DNA of 46,072 bases from Candidatus Methylomirabilia bacterium. Lineage in GTDB: Bacteria > Methylomirabilota > Methylomirabilia > Rokubacteriales > CSP1-6. Of the stretch, positions 9,583 to 18,168 are shown one piece after another. The notes beneath the pieces are model-generated. The model had not been told where the DNA came from. It worked only from the letters and a program-made list of their open reading frames with translations, and made no database searches. A program made the translations under genes and the position numbers. The stretch covers positions 1-46,072 of the forward strand of contig JBGPXN010000014.1 of NCBI GenBank assembly GCA_041492755.1. The letters are read 5' to 3'. How positions within the stretch are numbered: the first letter of the stretch is position 1; every line of letters starts with the position of its first letter.

Positions 9583-9900
9583 ATGACCGAGATCACACCC
9601 CAGGAGCTCCAGGCCCGGCTCGCGGGCGGCACGCCGCCCGTGCTCGTCGACGTTCGCCAGGATTGGGAGACGAAGCTCTGCCGGCTGGAGAACGCGGTCC
9701 ACATCCCGATCGAGGAGATCGAGCTGCGCACGGAGGAGTTGAACCCGGAGGACGACATCGTCGTCTACTGTCATCAGGGCGTGCGCAGCGCCGCCGTCGC
9801 CCAGTACCTGCGCCAGCTCGGCTTCAAGAACGTGCGCAATCTCGCCGGCGGCCTCGATCTGTGGGCGCGCACCGTCGATCCCCGGATGCGCCGGTACTGA
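9583..9900 (+). CDS. Rhodanese-like sulfurtransferase
   Basis: LVDVR, active-site loop CHQGVRS and NLAGG. Confidence 0.88.
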   Translation: MTEITPQELQARLAGGTPPVLVDVRQDWETKLCRLENAVHIPIEEIELRTEELNPEDDIVVYCHQGVRSAAVAQYLRQLGFKNVRNLAGGLDLWARTVDPRMRRY

Positions 9901-10676
9901 TGGGTGACGCGCCCGTCCGCCGCGAGCGGCGGGGCGACGTCGTCTGGTGTACGCTCGCGCGGCCTCCGCTCAATCTGCTCGAGCCCGTTCTCATCGACGC
10001 GATCCGCGCGACGTTCACCGACCTCGCCGGCGACGATTCGATCCGCGCCGCCGTCCTCACCGGCAGCGGGCGCGCCTTCACGGCGGGTATGGACGTCCGC
10101 GTGCTGCGCGACCTCGACGTCCCCGGCGCCAAGCGTCTGATCACGGCGATTCACGCCGCCATCGAAGCGGTGCACCATGCGCCGTTTCCGGTGATCGCCG
10201 CCGTGAACGGCGCCTGCCTGGGCGCGGGTTTCGAGCTCGCGCTCGCCTGCGATCTCCGGGTCGCGGCGGCGGGCGCGCGCTTCGGACTGCCGGAGGTCCG
10301 GGTCGGCGTGCCCTCGGTGATCGAGGCCGCGCTGCTGCCGGGGCTCATCGGTCCCGGCCGCGCGGCGGAGATGCTGCTCACGGGTGACGCGGTCGAGGCC
10401 GAGCAGGCGCTCGGGTGGGGGCTCGTGAACCGCGTCGTTCCGGCGGCCGCGCTGACCAGTGCCGTCGACGAAGTCATCGAGCGGTTGCGCGGGTGTGCGC
10501 CGGGGGCGCTTCGTCTGCAGAAGGAGCTGATGCTCCGGTGGCGCTACACCGACCTCCCCACCGCCATCCAGTACGGCATCAACGCCTTCGCCACCTGCTA
10601 TGCCTCGCGCGAAGCCCGCGAAGGCGCCGAGGCGTTCCTGGCCAAGCGCCCGCCGCGATTCGGGCCGCCGGACTGA
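9900..10676 (+). CDS. Enoyl-CoA hydratase/isomerase family protein
   Basis: Motifs AFTAGMD, VIAAVNG..LGAGFEL and FGLPEV. TGATG overlap with the rhodanese stop. Confidence 0.9.
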   Translation: MGDAPVRRERRGDVVWCTLARPPLNLLEPVLIDAIRATFTDLAGDDSIRAAVLTGSGRAFTAGMDVRVLRDLDVPGAKRLITAIHAAIEAVHHAPFPVIAAVNGACLGAGFELALACDLRVAAAGARFGLPEVRVGVPSVIEAALLPGLIGPGRAAEMLLTGDAVEAEQALGWGLVNRVVPAAALTSAVDEVIERLRGCAPGALRLQKELMLRWRYTDLPTAIQYGINAFATCYASREAREGAEAFLAKRPPRFGPPD

Positions 10677-10701
10677 ACGTCCCCACCACCGGGAGCCGGG
10701 A

Positions 10702-11454
10702 CTGAAGATCCAGGCGGTCACGGTCGACTTCTGGGGAACGGTCATGCTCGATCCCCCGTCGAGCGATGACGAGCGCTACCGGCGCCCCCGTGTCGATGCG
10801 TTCGACGCGATCCTTCGCGGGGCCGGAGAGCCGGTCGGCCGCGCCGCGCTCGATCGCGGCTACCATGCGTCCGGTCGATTCCTCGCCGCCGTTTGGAGGG
10901 ACATGCGCGACGTGGCGGTGGCGGAGCACGTGCGCGCCATCCTCGTTGCCGCCGACCCCGGCTTGCCGTCCCGGCTCCCGGGTTCCATCACGGCGGCGCT
11001 CGTCGAGGCGTACGGCCGGCCCGTTTTGCTGGTGCCGCCGGCGGTGGATCCGGGAGCGCGCGCTGCACTGGAGACGCTGACCGGGCGCGGCTACACGCTC
11101 GCCGTCGTCTCGAACATCATGCGCACGCCCGGCGTCGTCCTCCGCCGACTCCTCGAGCGGCACGGGCTGCTGTCGTTCTTCAAGCACGCGACGTTTTCCG
11201 ACGAGGTCGGGGTGCGGAAGCCGCATGCGCGCATCTTCGTGGAGACGCTGCGCGCGCTGGGCACGGAACCCGCGCACGCCGTCCATGTGGGTGACGATGC
11301 CATCCTCGACGTGGCGGGCCCCATCGCCGCCGGTATGCGGGCGATCAAGGTCGGCACACCGGCTCGCGGTGCGCCGAAGGCGCACGCCGTCATTGCGAGT
11401 CTCGCGGAGCTGCCCGCCGCCGTGGCCCGACTCGAAGGCCCGCCGACGTATTGA
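10702..11454 (+). CDS. HAD-superfamily hydrolase (start uncertain, possibly CTG)
   Basis: Motif I DFWGT, motif II VSN, SDEVGVRKP, and HVGDD..LD. Confidence 0.85.
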   Translation: MKIQAVTVDFWGTVMLDPPSSDDERYRRPRVDAFDAILRGAGEPVGRAALDRGYHASGRFLAAVWRDMRDVAVAEHVRAILVAADPGLPSRLPGSITAALVEAYGRPVLLVPPAVDPGARAALETLTGRGYTLAVVSNIMRTPGVVLRRLLERHGLLSFFKHATFSDEVGVRKPHARIFVETLRALGTEPAHAVHVGDDAILDVAGPIAAGMRAIKVGTPARGAPKAHAVIASLAELPAAVARLEGPPTY

Positions 11455-11760
11455 GGGCGGTGATCTGCTGCGACATTTCCAGTCGGTGAGCTACTCGGAC
11501 GGGTGCGCCACCGCAAACCGGGGGGTGGGCATCTTCACGGACACGCTGACCGGGCTTGGGGTGGCCGCCGCCCGCGCGGTCCACGTGGGCGACCATCCCT
11601 ACGATGACTAGCCAGGGCGCGCGTGGAGCCGGGATGCGCGCCGCGCACTACGTCGCGCCCGGCCGCACGCCTTCACCGGACGCCGACATCGTCGTCACCG
11701 ATCTTGCCGAGCTACCCGTTCGCCTCGTGATGCGCGACGGCGCGGGCTCGGACGTGCTTC
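11455..11760 (+). pseudogene. Frameshifted C-terminal remnant of a second HAD hydrolase
   Basis: Pieces LLRHF..SYSD, VRHRKP, IF..AVHVGDHPYDD* and GARGAGMRAAH..LAELP lie in shifting frames with a premature stop and no N-terminus. Confidence 0.7.
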
Positions 11761-11764
11761 CCGG

Positions 11765-12124
11765 CTACCGCCCCGCTCCGAGGCGGAGCCCGGCACGGCG
11801 CGGACCCTTCTGGCACTCCGCGACGCAGACTTCCTGGAAGTAGCGCCAGATGGGATCGGTATTGCGGTCGCCATACGCTTCGAGCACGAGGTACGAAACG
11901 CCCCGGTGATGGTTGGCCGGGTCGTCACCGCCACGCCGGCCGAGGACTTTGACGGCGCTCGTGTGCCGGTTGCGCAGCGTCGTTCCGTACGTGCCGATAC
12001 CTGAAAGCCAGTGATCCTGATCGCGGATGGTGACCTCCGTCACCGGATCGACGATCTCCCAGTCCGGCGCGAATTCCTTGAGCGCCATCGCCAACAGCTG
12101 TTCCGCGTCTTCTCTCAGCAGCAT
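11765..12124 (-). CDS. Hypothetical protein
   Basis: SD GAGGAG upstream and a protein-like composition unlike shadow ORFs. Confidence 0.7.
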   Translation of the reverse strand: MLLREDAEQLLAMALKEFAPDWEIVDPVTEVTIRDQDHWLSGIGTYGTTLRNRHTSAVKVLGRRGGDDPANHHRGVSYLVLEAYGDRNTDPIWRYFQEVCVAECQKGPRRAGLRLGAGR

Positions 12125-12142
12125 CGTCGTCTCCTCTCGAAG

Positions 12143-12400
12143 CTATGCTCGCGCAGCGGCGCCCCGAAGCAGGTCGGCGCTGATGCTGGCGCGCGCCTCC
12201 GGGTCACCGCGCAGGCTGCGGCTCATGTCCCAGGCAGACAAGGAATGGACGCTCACCCCGCGCCGGGGTAACTCCAGCGTGACGAGGTAACTCTGGTCCG
12301 CGACCTCGACCGAGACGACCCTGCCGTGCAGCGCGATCTCGGTCATCAGCTCGCTGATGAACTGGCGCATCCGCGCCGGTGCCGGCTTGCTCAGAGTCAT
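12143..12400 (-). CDS. Small hypothetical protein
   Basis: 3' part of the track ORF 12143..12937 (MTLSKPAPARMRQF...). It fills the gap before the divergent apt gene. The start could be 12418. Confidence 0.55.
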   Translation of the reverse strand: MTLSKPAPARMRQFISELMTEIALHGRVVSVEVADQSYLVTLELPRRGVSVHSLSAWDMSRSLRGDPEARASISADLLRGAAARA

Positions 12401-12605
12401 CCCGTCCGCCACTCTCATGCGACCTCGCGCGCCCGGGCTCGCAATTCGAATGCCAGAGCCGGCGATCGCGCGAATCGCGGAAATCAGGCACGTTACACTT
12501 CGGCGGTCCTCACGAGCGGTGACAGGGTGACATGCCATCGGCGACAGCTTGACGGACGGACCGTGTCTTGTGCCGTCCGGCGCGTTGCCGGTAGTATGGG
12601 CCGTC

Positions 12606-13130
12606 ATGAACGTGGCCGATCTGCGCGCAAAGATCAGAGACATCAAGGACTTCCCGACCGAAGGGATTCTCTTCAAAGACATCACCACGCTGTTGAAGGA
12701 CGGGGCGGCGTTCCGCCGCGTCGTCGACCTCCTCGCCGAGCGGTACGAGCGCGATCGCATCGATGTGGTGGTCGCGGTCGAATCGCGCGGATTCATCTTC
12801 GGCGGCGCCCTCGCGCACCAGCTCAACGCCGGCTTCGTGCCGGTCCGGAAGCTCGGCAAGCTTCCCGGCAAGACCGTCGAGGTGGAATACGAGCTCGAGT
12901 ACGGACGGGACGCGCTGGCCATCCACGAAGACGCCATTCAGACCGGGCAGCGCGTGCTCGCCGTGGACGACCTGCTCGCGACGGGCGGGACGATGGGTGC
13001 GACGCTACGACTGATCGAGCTGCTCGGCGGCAAGGTGTCGGGCGTCGCGTTCCTCATCGAGTTGGCGTTCCTGCACGGACGGGAAAAACTCAAGAACTAC
13101 CCACTGCACTCGCTGATCGTGTATGAATAG
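12606..13130 (+). CDS. apt: Adenine phosphoribosyltransferase
   Basis: Motifs DFP..GILFKDIT, ESRGF, RKLGKLP, YELEYG and the PRPP motif VDDLLATGGT. Confidence 0.97.
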   Translation: MNVADLRAKIRDIKDFPTEGILFKDITTLLKDGAAFRRVVDLLAERYERDRIDVVVAVESRGFIFGGALAHQLNAGFVPVRKLGKLPGKTVEVEYELEYGRDALAIHEDAIQTGQRVLAVDDLLATGGTMGATLRLIELLGGKVSGVAFLIELAFLHGREKLKNYPLHSLIVYE

Positions 13131-13464
13131 AGACATGCGCCACCTACGTGGACTCCTCGGGTTTACCGTAGCGCTCGGAGCGCTCGCCCTCGCCGCCACG
13201 CCGGTCGCGGCCGATGAGGTGAAGACGCCGGTGAGCGCGGGCATGATGCTCAACATCCTCTCGGCACCGTCCGCCCTGCGCGCGGATGCGTTCGACGCTT
13301 CGCTCAAGGACGAGGGCCCCGCGCCGCGATCGTCCGAGGGCGAGGTACAGCCGGACGGCAGCGTACGCTACGGGAAGGTCACCGTCAGCGTGAGGAATCC
13401 GTGCCCACCGGGGACGGCTCACTACGAGCCGCCGCCGCTGCCGGGCCGGCGCGCGCGCAACTAG
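13123..13464 (+). CDS. Secreted hypothetical protein
   Basis: Signal-peptide-like N-terminus (ALAATPVAA-DE), followed by a terminator hairpin. Confidence 0.65.
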   Translation: MNRDMRHLRGLLGFTVALGALALAATPVAADEVKTPVSAGMMLNILSAPSALRADAFDASLKDEGPAPRSSEGEVQPDGSVRYGKVTVSVRNPCPPGTAHYEPPPLPGRRARN

Positions 13465-13468
13465 TACG

Positions 13469-13498
13469 ACGGAGGGGGCGCAACGCCCCCTCCGTTTC
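13469..13498 (+). terminator. Rho-independent terminator-like hairpin
   Basis: Perfect 12-bp stem ACGGAGGGGGCG-CAA-CGCCCCCTCCGT with a short T tail directly after the stop codon. Confidence 0.7.
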
Positions 13499-13566
13499 CT
13501 CCCCGAACAGAAACCCGCACGGCAGTTGGCCGGCTCACCGTTGGCTGAGTGTTGCAGGAGGTTTTC

Positions 13567-14415
13567 ATGACGATCGAACTCGTCGGAGTGATCGGGTGTG
13601 GGCTCATGGGCGGCGGCATCACCCAGGTCAGCGCTCAGGCCGGATTCTTCACCGTCGTGGTCGAGGCGAATGACGAGTTCCTCGCCCGTGGCCTGGAGCG
13701 TTTGCGCACGACGCTCGGCGGGTTGGTCGAGCGCGGCAAGCTGGACGCGCGCGCCCGCGACGAGATGATGGGTCGGATCCGCGGCACCGTGCGTCTCGAG
13801 GACTTGAAGGATTGCGATCTCGTCGTCGAGGCGATGACCGAGAACCAGGCGCTCAAGAACGAGACGTTCGCCAAGCTCGACCGGATCGTGCCGTCCCACG
13901 CATTGCTCGCGAGCAACACGTCATCGTGCAACGTCACCGCGATGGCGGCCGCGACCACGCGACCGGGTCGCGTGCTCGGTCTGCACTTCTTCAACCCGGT
14001 GCCGCTCATGAAGCTCGTCGAGGTCGTGCGCACGATCCTCACCGAGGACGGCAGCGCGCAGGCGGCGACGGAATGGGTGCGCGCGCTCGGCAAGGTTCCG
14101 GTGCAAGCGAAGGATTCGACCGCGTTCATCGTCAACCGCTTGCTGGTGCCGTACCTGCTCGATGCTGTCCGCGTGTACGAAGGGGGACTCGCCACCCTGG
14201 AGGACATCGACCAGGCGATGAAGCTCGGCTGTGGCTATCCGATGGGGCCGTTCACGCTGCTCGACCTCGTCGGGCTCGATACGACGATGTACGTCGCGGA
14301 GGTGATGTTCGAGGAGTTCCGGGAGCCGCGCTACGCGCCGCCGCCACTCCTGAAGCGGATGGTGATGGCCGGCCACCTCGGCCGCAAGAGCGGCCGGGGC
14401 TTCTACAAGTATTGA
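13567..14415 (+). CDS. hbd: 3-hydroxybutyryl-CoA dehydrogenase
   Basis: GCGLMGGG, ASNTSS, GLHFFNPVPLMKLVE and PMGPF..LDLVGLD. SD AGGAGG. Confidence 0.9.
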   Translation: MTIELVGVIGCGLMGGGITQVSAQAGFFTVVVEANDEFLARGLERLRTTLGGLVERGKLDARARDEMMGRIRGTVRLEDLKDCDLVVEAMTENQALKNETFAKLDRIVPSHALLASNTSSCNVTAMAAATTRPGRVLGLHFFNPVPLMKLVEVVRTILTEDGSAQAATEWVRALGKVPVQAKDSTAFIVNRLLVPYLLDAVRVYEGGLATLEDIDQAMKLGCGYPMGPFTLLDLVGLDTTMYVAEVMFEEFREPRYAPPPLLKRMVMAGHLGRKSGRGFYKY

Positions 14416-14416
14416 G

Positions 14417-15232
14417 CTAGGCGCGGGCGGGGAGGCGGGTCGGGCGGGGCAGGTGCGTGTAGCGGGCGCGCAGGCTCTCGAACCGTGGCGAGCTGAGGCC
14501 GTGACGGTGCAGCTCGTAGCGCGCGAGCAGCGACAGAATCTTCAGCCCGTAGACGATCGAGGCGGTGAAGCTGGCGGACGATGCCTCGGCGAAGTAGCGG
14601 GTGGGCACCGGGATCTCGTCGATCCGGAACCCGGCGTCCACGATCTGCGCGATGATTTCCTGATCGAACACGAAGCCGTCCGAGTTCAGCCCGAAGTTCA
14701 CCGTCTCGAGCACCTCGCGCCGGAATGCGCGGTAGCCCGTATGGAATTCCGACAGCGCGAGACCGAACGTGCGGTTCTCGAGCGCGGTCAAGAAGCGGTT
14801 CGACACGTATTTCCACCACGGCATGCCCTGGGCGACGGCGGAGCCGGCCTTGAGTCGCGAGCCCAGCACCACGTCCGCGTCGCCACGAACGACCGGCTCG
14901 ATCATCTGGGGCAGCAGCGTGGGGTCGTACTGATAGTCCGGATGGACCATGACGACGATGTCGGCGCCGGCGCGGAGCGCCTCCGTATAGCAGGTCTTCT
15001 GGTTCGCACCGTAGCCGTAGTTCTGGTCGTGAACGAAGATCTCCAGGCCGAGCTGCCGCGCGACGTCGATGGTCGCGTCGGTGGAGCCATCGTCGACGAG
15101 GATCACCAGGCTCACCGTGTCTTTGGGCAACTCTTCGTACGTCATGCGGAGCGTACGCCCCGCGTTGTATGCGGGCATGACCACGACCACTTTCGGCGTG
15201 ACGACGGGCAGCGCGAGCGGTGCAGGAGTCAT
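14417..15232 (-). CDS. Glycosyltransferase family 2 (DPM1-like)
   Basis: Motifs VVMPAYN, VDDGSTD, NYGYG, HPDYQY, VLGSR and GYRAF. Confidence 0.9.
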   Translation of the reverse strand: MTPAPLALPVVTPKVVVVMPAYNAGRTLRMTYEELPKDTVSLVILVDDGSTDATIDVARQLGLEIFVHDQNYGYGANQKTCYTEALRAGADIVVMVHPDYQYDPTLLPQMIEPVVRGDADVVLGSRLKAGSAVAQGMPWWKYVSNRFLTALENRTFGLALSEFHTGYRAFRREVLETVNFGLNSDGFVFDQEIIAQIVDAGFRIDEIPVPTRYFAEASSASFTASIVYGLKILSLLARYELHRHGLSSPRFESLRARYTHLPRPTRLPARA

Positions 15233-15333
15233 GGCCAGAGTCCTTCGGTGATGACGATCGCCCACAGCATGCCGACTATGCCGGCGGAGATGAGGAGTTC
15301 GAGCGGACCGACGGTTTCCACGAGCCTCAGCAT
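15229..15333 (-). CDS. Small 34-aa single-TM peptide (not in the ORF track)
   Basis: Reads MLRLVETVGPLELLISAGIVGMLWAIVITEGLWP*. The stop overlaps the GT2 start as ATGA. Confidence 0.5.
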   Translation of the reverse strand: MLRLVETVGPLELLISAGIVGMLWAIVITEGLWP

Positions 15334-15503
15334 GACGCCGGCTGAGTGCACGGCAAATGCCAGATAGAGACGGCCGAGATCTCGGGACCTTACATCCCGC
15401 CAGGTCGTCTGTCCGTCGCGCTCCGGTGACGGCAGGCCGCACTCCGCTGACAGAAAATGTCACCGCCGCCCCGGTCCCGGCCGCGTGCTATGTTTCTGGC
15501 GTC

Positions 15504-16163
15504 ATGAAGTGGCTGGCGTTGACGTTCGCCCTGGCGGTCAGCGTGCTAGGGCCTTCCACTCCCGCGTGGTCCCAGTGGCTGTCGCCGGGCGATGTCCCCC
15601 AGCGAAGCCCCGGCGATCTGGAGCGATTCGACTCCGGCATCCCACCGATCGAGGCTCCCTCCCTCTTCGGGTTCCTGAGCGGCATGTGGCTCGACAGCGT
15701 GCCGGGCCTTGGTCTCGGCGTGGGCGTGCAGCCGCTGCACGGCAACCGTGGCTCCACGAGCGCAGCGCTCCCCGGCGCAGCCCAGGCGCTGCTCGGGCCG
15801 TACCGACTCCTCGACGACCGCGGCACCTCGATCTCGTTCGATCTCCGGCTGCGTTGGCCGTCTCCGGTCGACCTCGCCGGCGCGGGCGCACTCCAGCCCT
15901 ATGTCGCTGTCGGCCCCGCGCTATTCCTGGCCGAGCCCGACGTCTCCAGCCAGATCCTGAACTCGCGCGCCGACACCGCGCTGTCGCTCGGCGTCCGCGC
16001 CGGCGCTGGCGTGACGTGGAGCTTCGATCGCAGCGGCTCGTTCTTCAGCGAGTACCGTTTCATTCGCGGCGCGCGCGAATCGAACGTGCTCGGAGGGCGG
16101 AACGGTGCGAGCGAAGATCCGGTAGGGTTCGACCTTCTGTACGGGGTCCGCTTCCGGTTCTAG
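15504..16163 (+). CDS. Outer-membrane beta-barrel-like protein
   Basis: Signal peptide, amphipathic strands (LQPYVAVG, FSEYRF) and a C-terminal YGVRFRF Bam-signal-like ending. Confidence 0.7.
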   Translation: MKWLALTFALAVSVLGPSTPAWSQWLSPGDVPQRSPGDLERFDSGIPPIEAPSLFGFLSGMWLDSVPGLGLGVGVQPLHGNRGSTSAALPGAAQALLGPYRLLDDRGTSISFDLRLRWPSPVDLAGAGALQPYVAVGPALFLAEPDVSSQILNSRADTALSLGVRAGAGVTWSFDRSGSFFSEYRFIRGARESNVLGGRNGASEDPVGFDLLYGVRFRF

Positions 16164-16409
16164 CCCGAACTATTCATGAACGGGCGACGGGGCGCCGAAC
16201 GGGCGGCGCGGCCGGAGACGGGTGGATGGATCCTCTGACCACAGCCGATCCGGGGGGAAAAATGCGCGGCGGCGCAACTGGGGCCAGTCGCGCCGCCGCG
16301 TGAGCGCGACGCGCCAGTGCCGGCGCCGCCGCGCCGGATGAAGACCTTACAGCCACGGCTCGAGTGAGTCACCGGCCCGATTCGTGCTCACCCTGGTGCG
16401 CCCGAGCGC

Positions 16410-17297
16410 ATGGATCACGCGGTTCGGTTCGCCGCACCCGCCATCGTCGTCTCGGCCGCGCTGGGCGCGCTCATCATGTGTGCCCTCGTGCTGCGTTACG
16501 GGTTCGCGACCGAGGACGAGGACGAGCACCCTGGTGATCGCGCGCGACGCGTGCTGGCGACGCGTCTCGGCCACGCGGTGGCAGCGGTGTGCTTCGCCGC
16601 GAGCGCTGTCTTCGCGGTCGTGATCCTTCGCGGATCGACGGGCACCCCGCCCGCGCCCCCGGGGCCCTCTCCGGCGACGACCCGGGATGAGCGCGCGGAA
16701 CTGGCGCGGCTGCGCGAAGAGGTTGGGGATCTCCGAGCCCGGATGCAGGAGCTGGCCCTCGGCGCCGGTACGCCGGCCGCGACACCATCCGAGGGACAAC
16801 CTTCACCGGAGTTACCCCCCACGCCGCCACCGGCACGCGGCACGGCGCCGGCGTCCGAGGACAGCATGCAGGATGTGCCGCAACGATCGCCCACGGCCGC
16901 GCGCGGCAACTCTACGCGCGAGGCGTCGCAGGCGCGCGGGCGCGGGGGAAGCGATGAGACGCCGGCCGCGCTACCCGCCGGCGTGAGCCCGCGGCGAGTC
17001 GCAACGACGGTGCGCGATATCCGGGTCGAGATCGAGAGCTGGTCCACCCCGCGTGACGTCACCTACCAAGTCCGGCTGCTCGACGTGGCTGGCCGTCCCG
17101 TCACCGGCGCCGAACTGACCGTCGACGGACGCGGGGCGGACGGCGCGCCAGTGCGCGTGGCGCTGCAAGGGACGACCGACGCCGGCGTCTACCGCGGTCG
17201 TCTTCCCCACGGCGTGGACCCGGCCGAGCTTCGCCTCCGTGTGGCGGCTACGACCCGGCGATTCGAAGTGGGCCTGGACGCTCCGGCGTCCTGGTAG
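16410..17297 (+). CDS. Membrane protein with two TM helices, coiled coil, Pro/Ala-rich linker and a C-terminal Ig/YtkA-like domain
   Basis: Hydrophobic segments, ELARLREEVGDLRARMQEL heptads, and a GRPVTGA...GVYRG pattern. Confidence 0.6.
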   Translation: MDHAVRFAAPAIVVSAALGALIMCALVLRYGFATEDEDEHPGDRARRVLATRLGHAVAAVCFAASAVFAVVILRGSTGTPPAPPGPSPATTRDERAELARLREEVGDLRARMQELALGAGTPAATPSEGQPSPELPPTPPPARGTAPASEDSMQDVPQRSPTAARGNSTREASQARGRGGSDETPAALPAGVSPRRVATTVRDIRVEIESWSTPRDVTYQVRLLDVAGRPVTGAELTVDGRGADGAPVRVALQGTTDAGVYRGRLPHGVDPAELRLRVAATTRRFEVGLDAPASW

Positions 17298-17377
17298 CGC
17301 GCTCGAATCGGCATCCACACGCCTGGGGCGGCGGCCCTGCACCTCCGGGCCCCCGGCGGGCCATCCGGAGCGGTCGG

Positions 17378-17416
17378 TTGACCGGGCGTAGGTCCGGGGT
17401 GTACATGTCTAGACAA
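17378..17416 (+). promoter_or_regulatory. Candidate promoter with GntR/HutC-type operator palindrome TGTCTAGACA
   Basis: TTGACC at 17378-17383. A perfect 10-bp palindrome at 17406-17415 matches the GTnTAnAC HutC-type consensus, 26 nt upstream of the GntR gene. Confidence 0.6.
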
Positions 17417-17441
17417 TCTTGCCGCGGGAGGCCCAAGCCGC

Positions 17442-18167
17442 ATGGAATACCGTCCAGGCGTTCCGCGTTACGTCCAGATTGCCGAAGTCCTCCGGGCTCG
17501 GTTGCGCGGTGAAGGCGAGCGGATTCCCTCGGAGCACCAGCTCTGCGCCGAGTTCAAGGTCAGTCGGCCGACCGTTCGCCAGGCCCTGGACGTGCTCGTC
17601 CAGGAAGGGCTGCTCTACCGGCACGCCGGCCGGGGGACGTTCAGCACGCCGGCCCCGGGGGGCGATCCCCGGTTGCGCGTCATCGGCTCGGTCGGCGACA
17701 TGATCGCGCTCGGCGAGGAGACCTGGTTGAAGCTGGTCTCGCGTGAGACCGTCCCGGTGCCCGCCAACATCGCCCAGGCCTTGCGGCTGCCCCCGGGGTC
17801 CTTGGCCTACCGGATCATCGGGGTCCGCCATGCCGACCAGGGGCCCTTCCAGCACGTCACCGCGTACCTGCCGCCCGCCATCGGTGAAGCGCTGAGCGAG
17901 GAGGACCTCTCCAACACCTCGATGATCGCCGCCATCGAGCGGGTGCTCCACGTCCGCATCAAGCTGCTCGAGCAGGTGGCGGACGCCGCGCTGGCGCCGC
18001 GCCACGTGGCCGAGCTGCTTCAGATCAAGCCGCGCACGCCCGTCTTGTTATTCGAGCGCACCTACGTGTCGTCCACCGGCGAGCCGATCGAGCACGCGGT
18101 GAGCTACCAGAGCGGCCGCCGTTATCCATATCGCGTCGTCCTGTCGCGCCTCGACCGTCGGAGTTGA
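17442..18167 (+). CDS. GntR family regulator, HutC subfamily (UTRA domain)
   Basis: PRYVQIA..IPSEHQL..VSRPTVRQAL..GRGTF winged HTH followed by a UTRA-like C-terminus. Confidence 0.93.
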   Translation: MEYRPGVPRYVQIAEVLRARLRGEGERIPSEHQLCAEFKVSRPTVRQALDVLVQEGLLYRHAGRGTFSTPAPGGDPRLRVIGSVGDMIALGEETWLKLVSRETVPVPANIAQALRLPPGSLAYRIIGVRHADQGPFQHVTAYLPPAIGEALSEEDLSNTSMIAAIERVLHVRIKLLEQVADAALAPRHVAELLQIKPRTPVLLFERTYVSSTGEPIEHAVSYQSGRRYPYRVVLSRLDRRS

Positions 18168-18168
18168 C

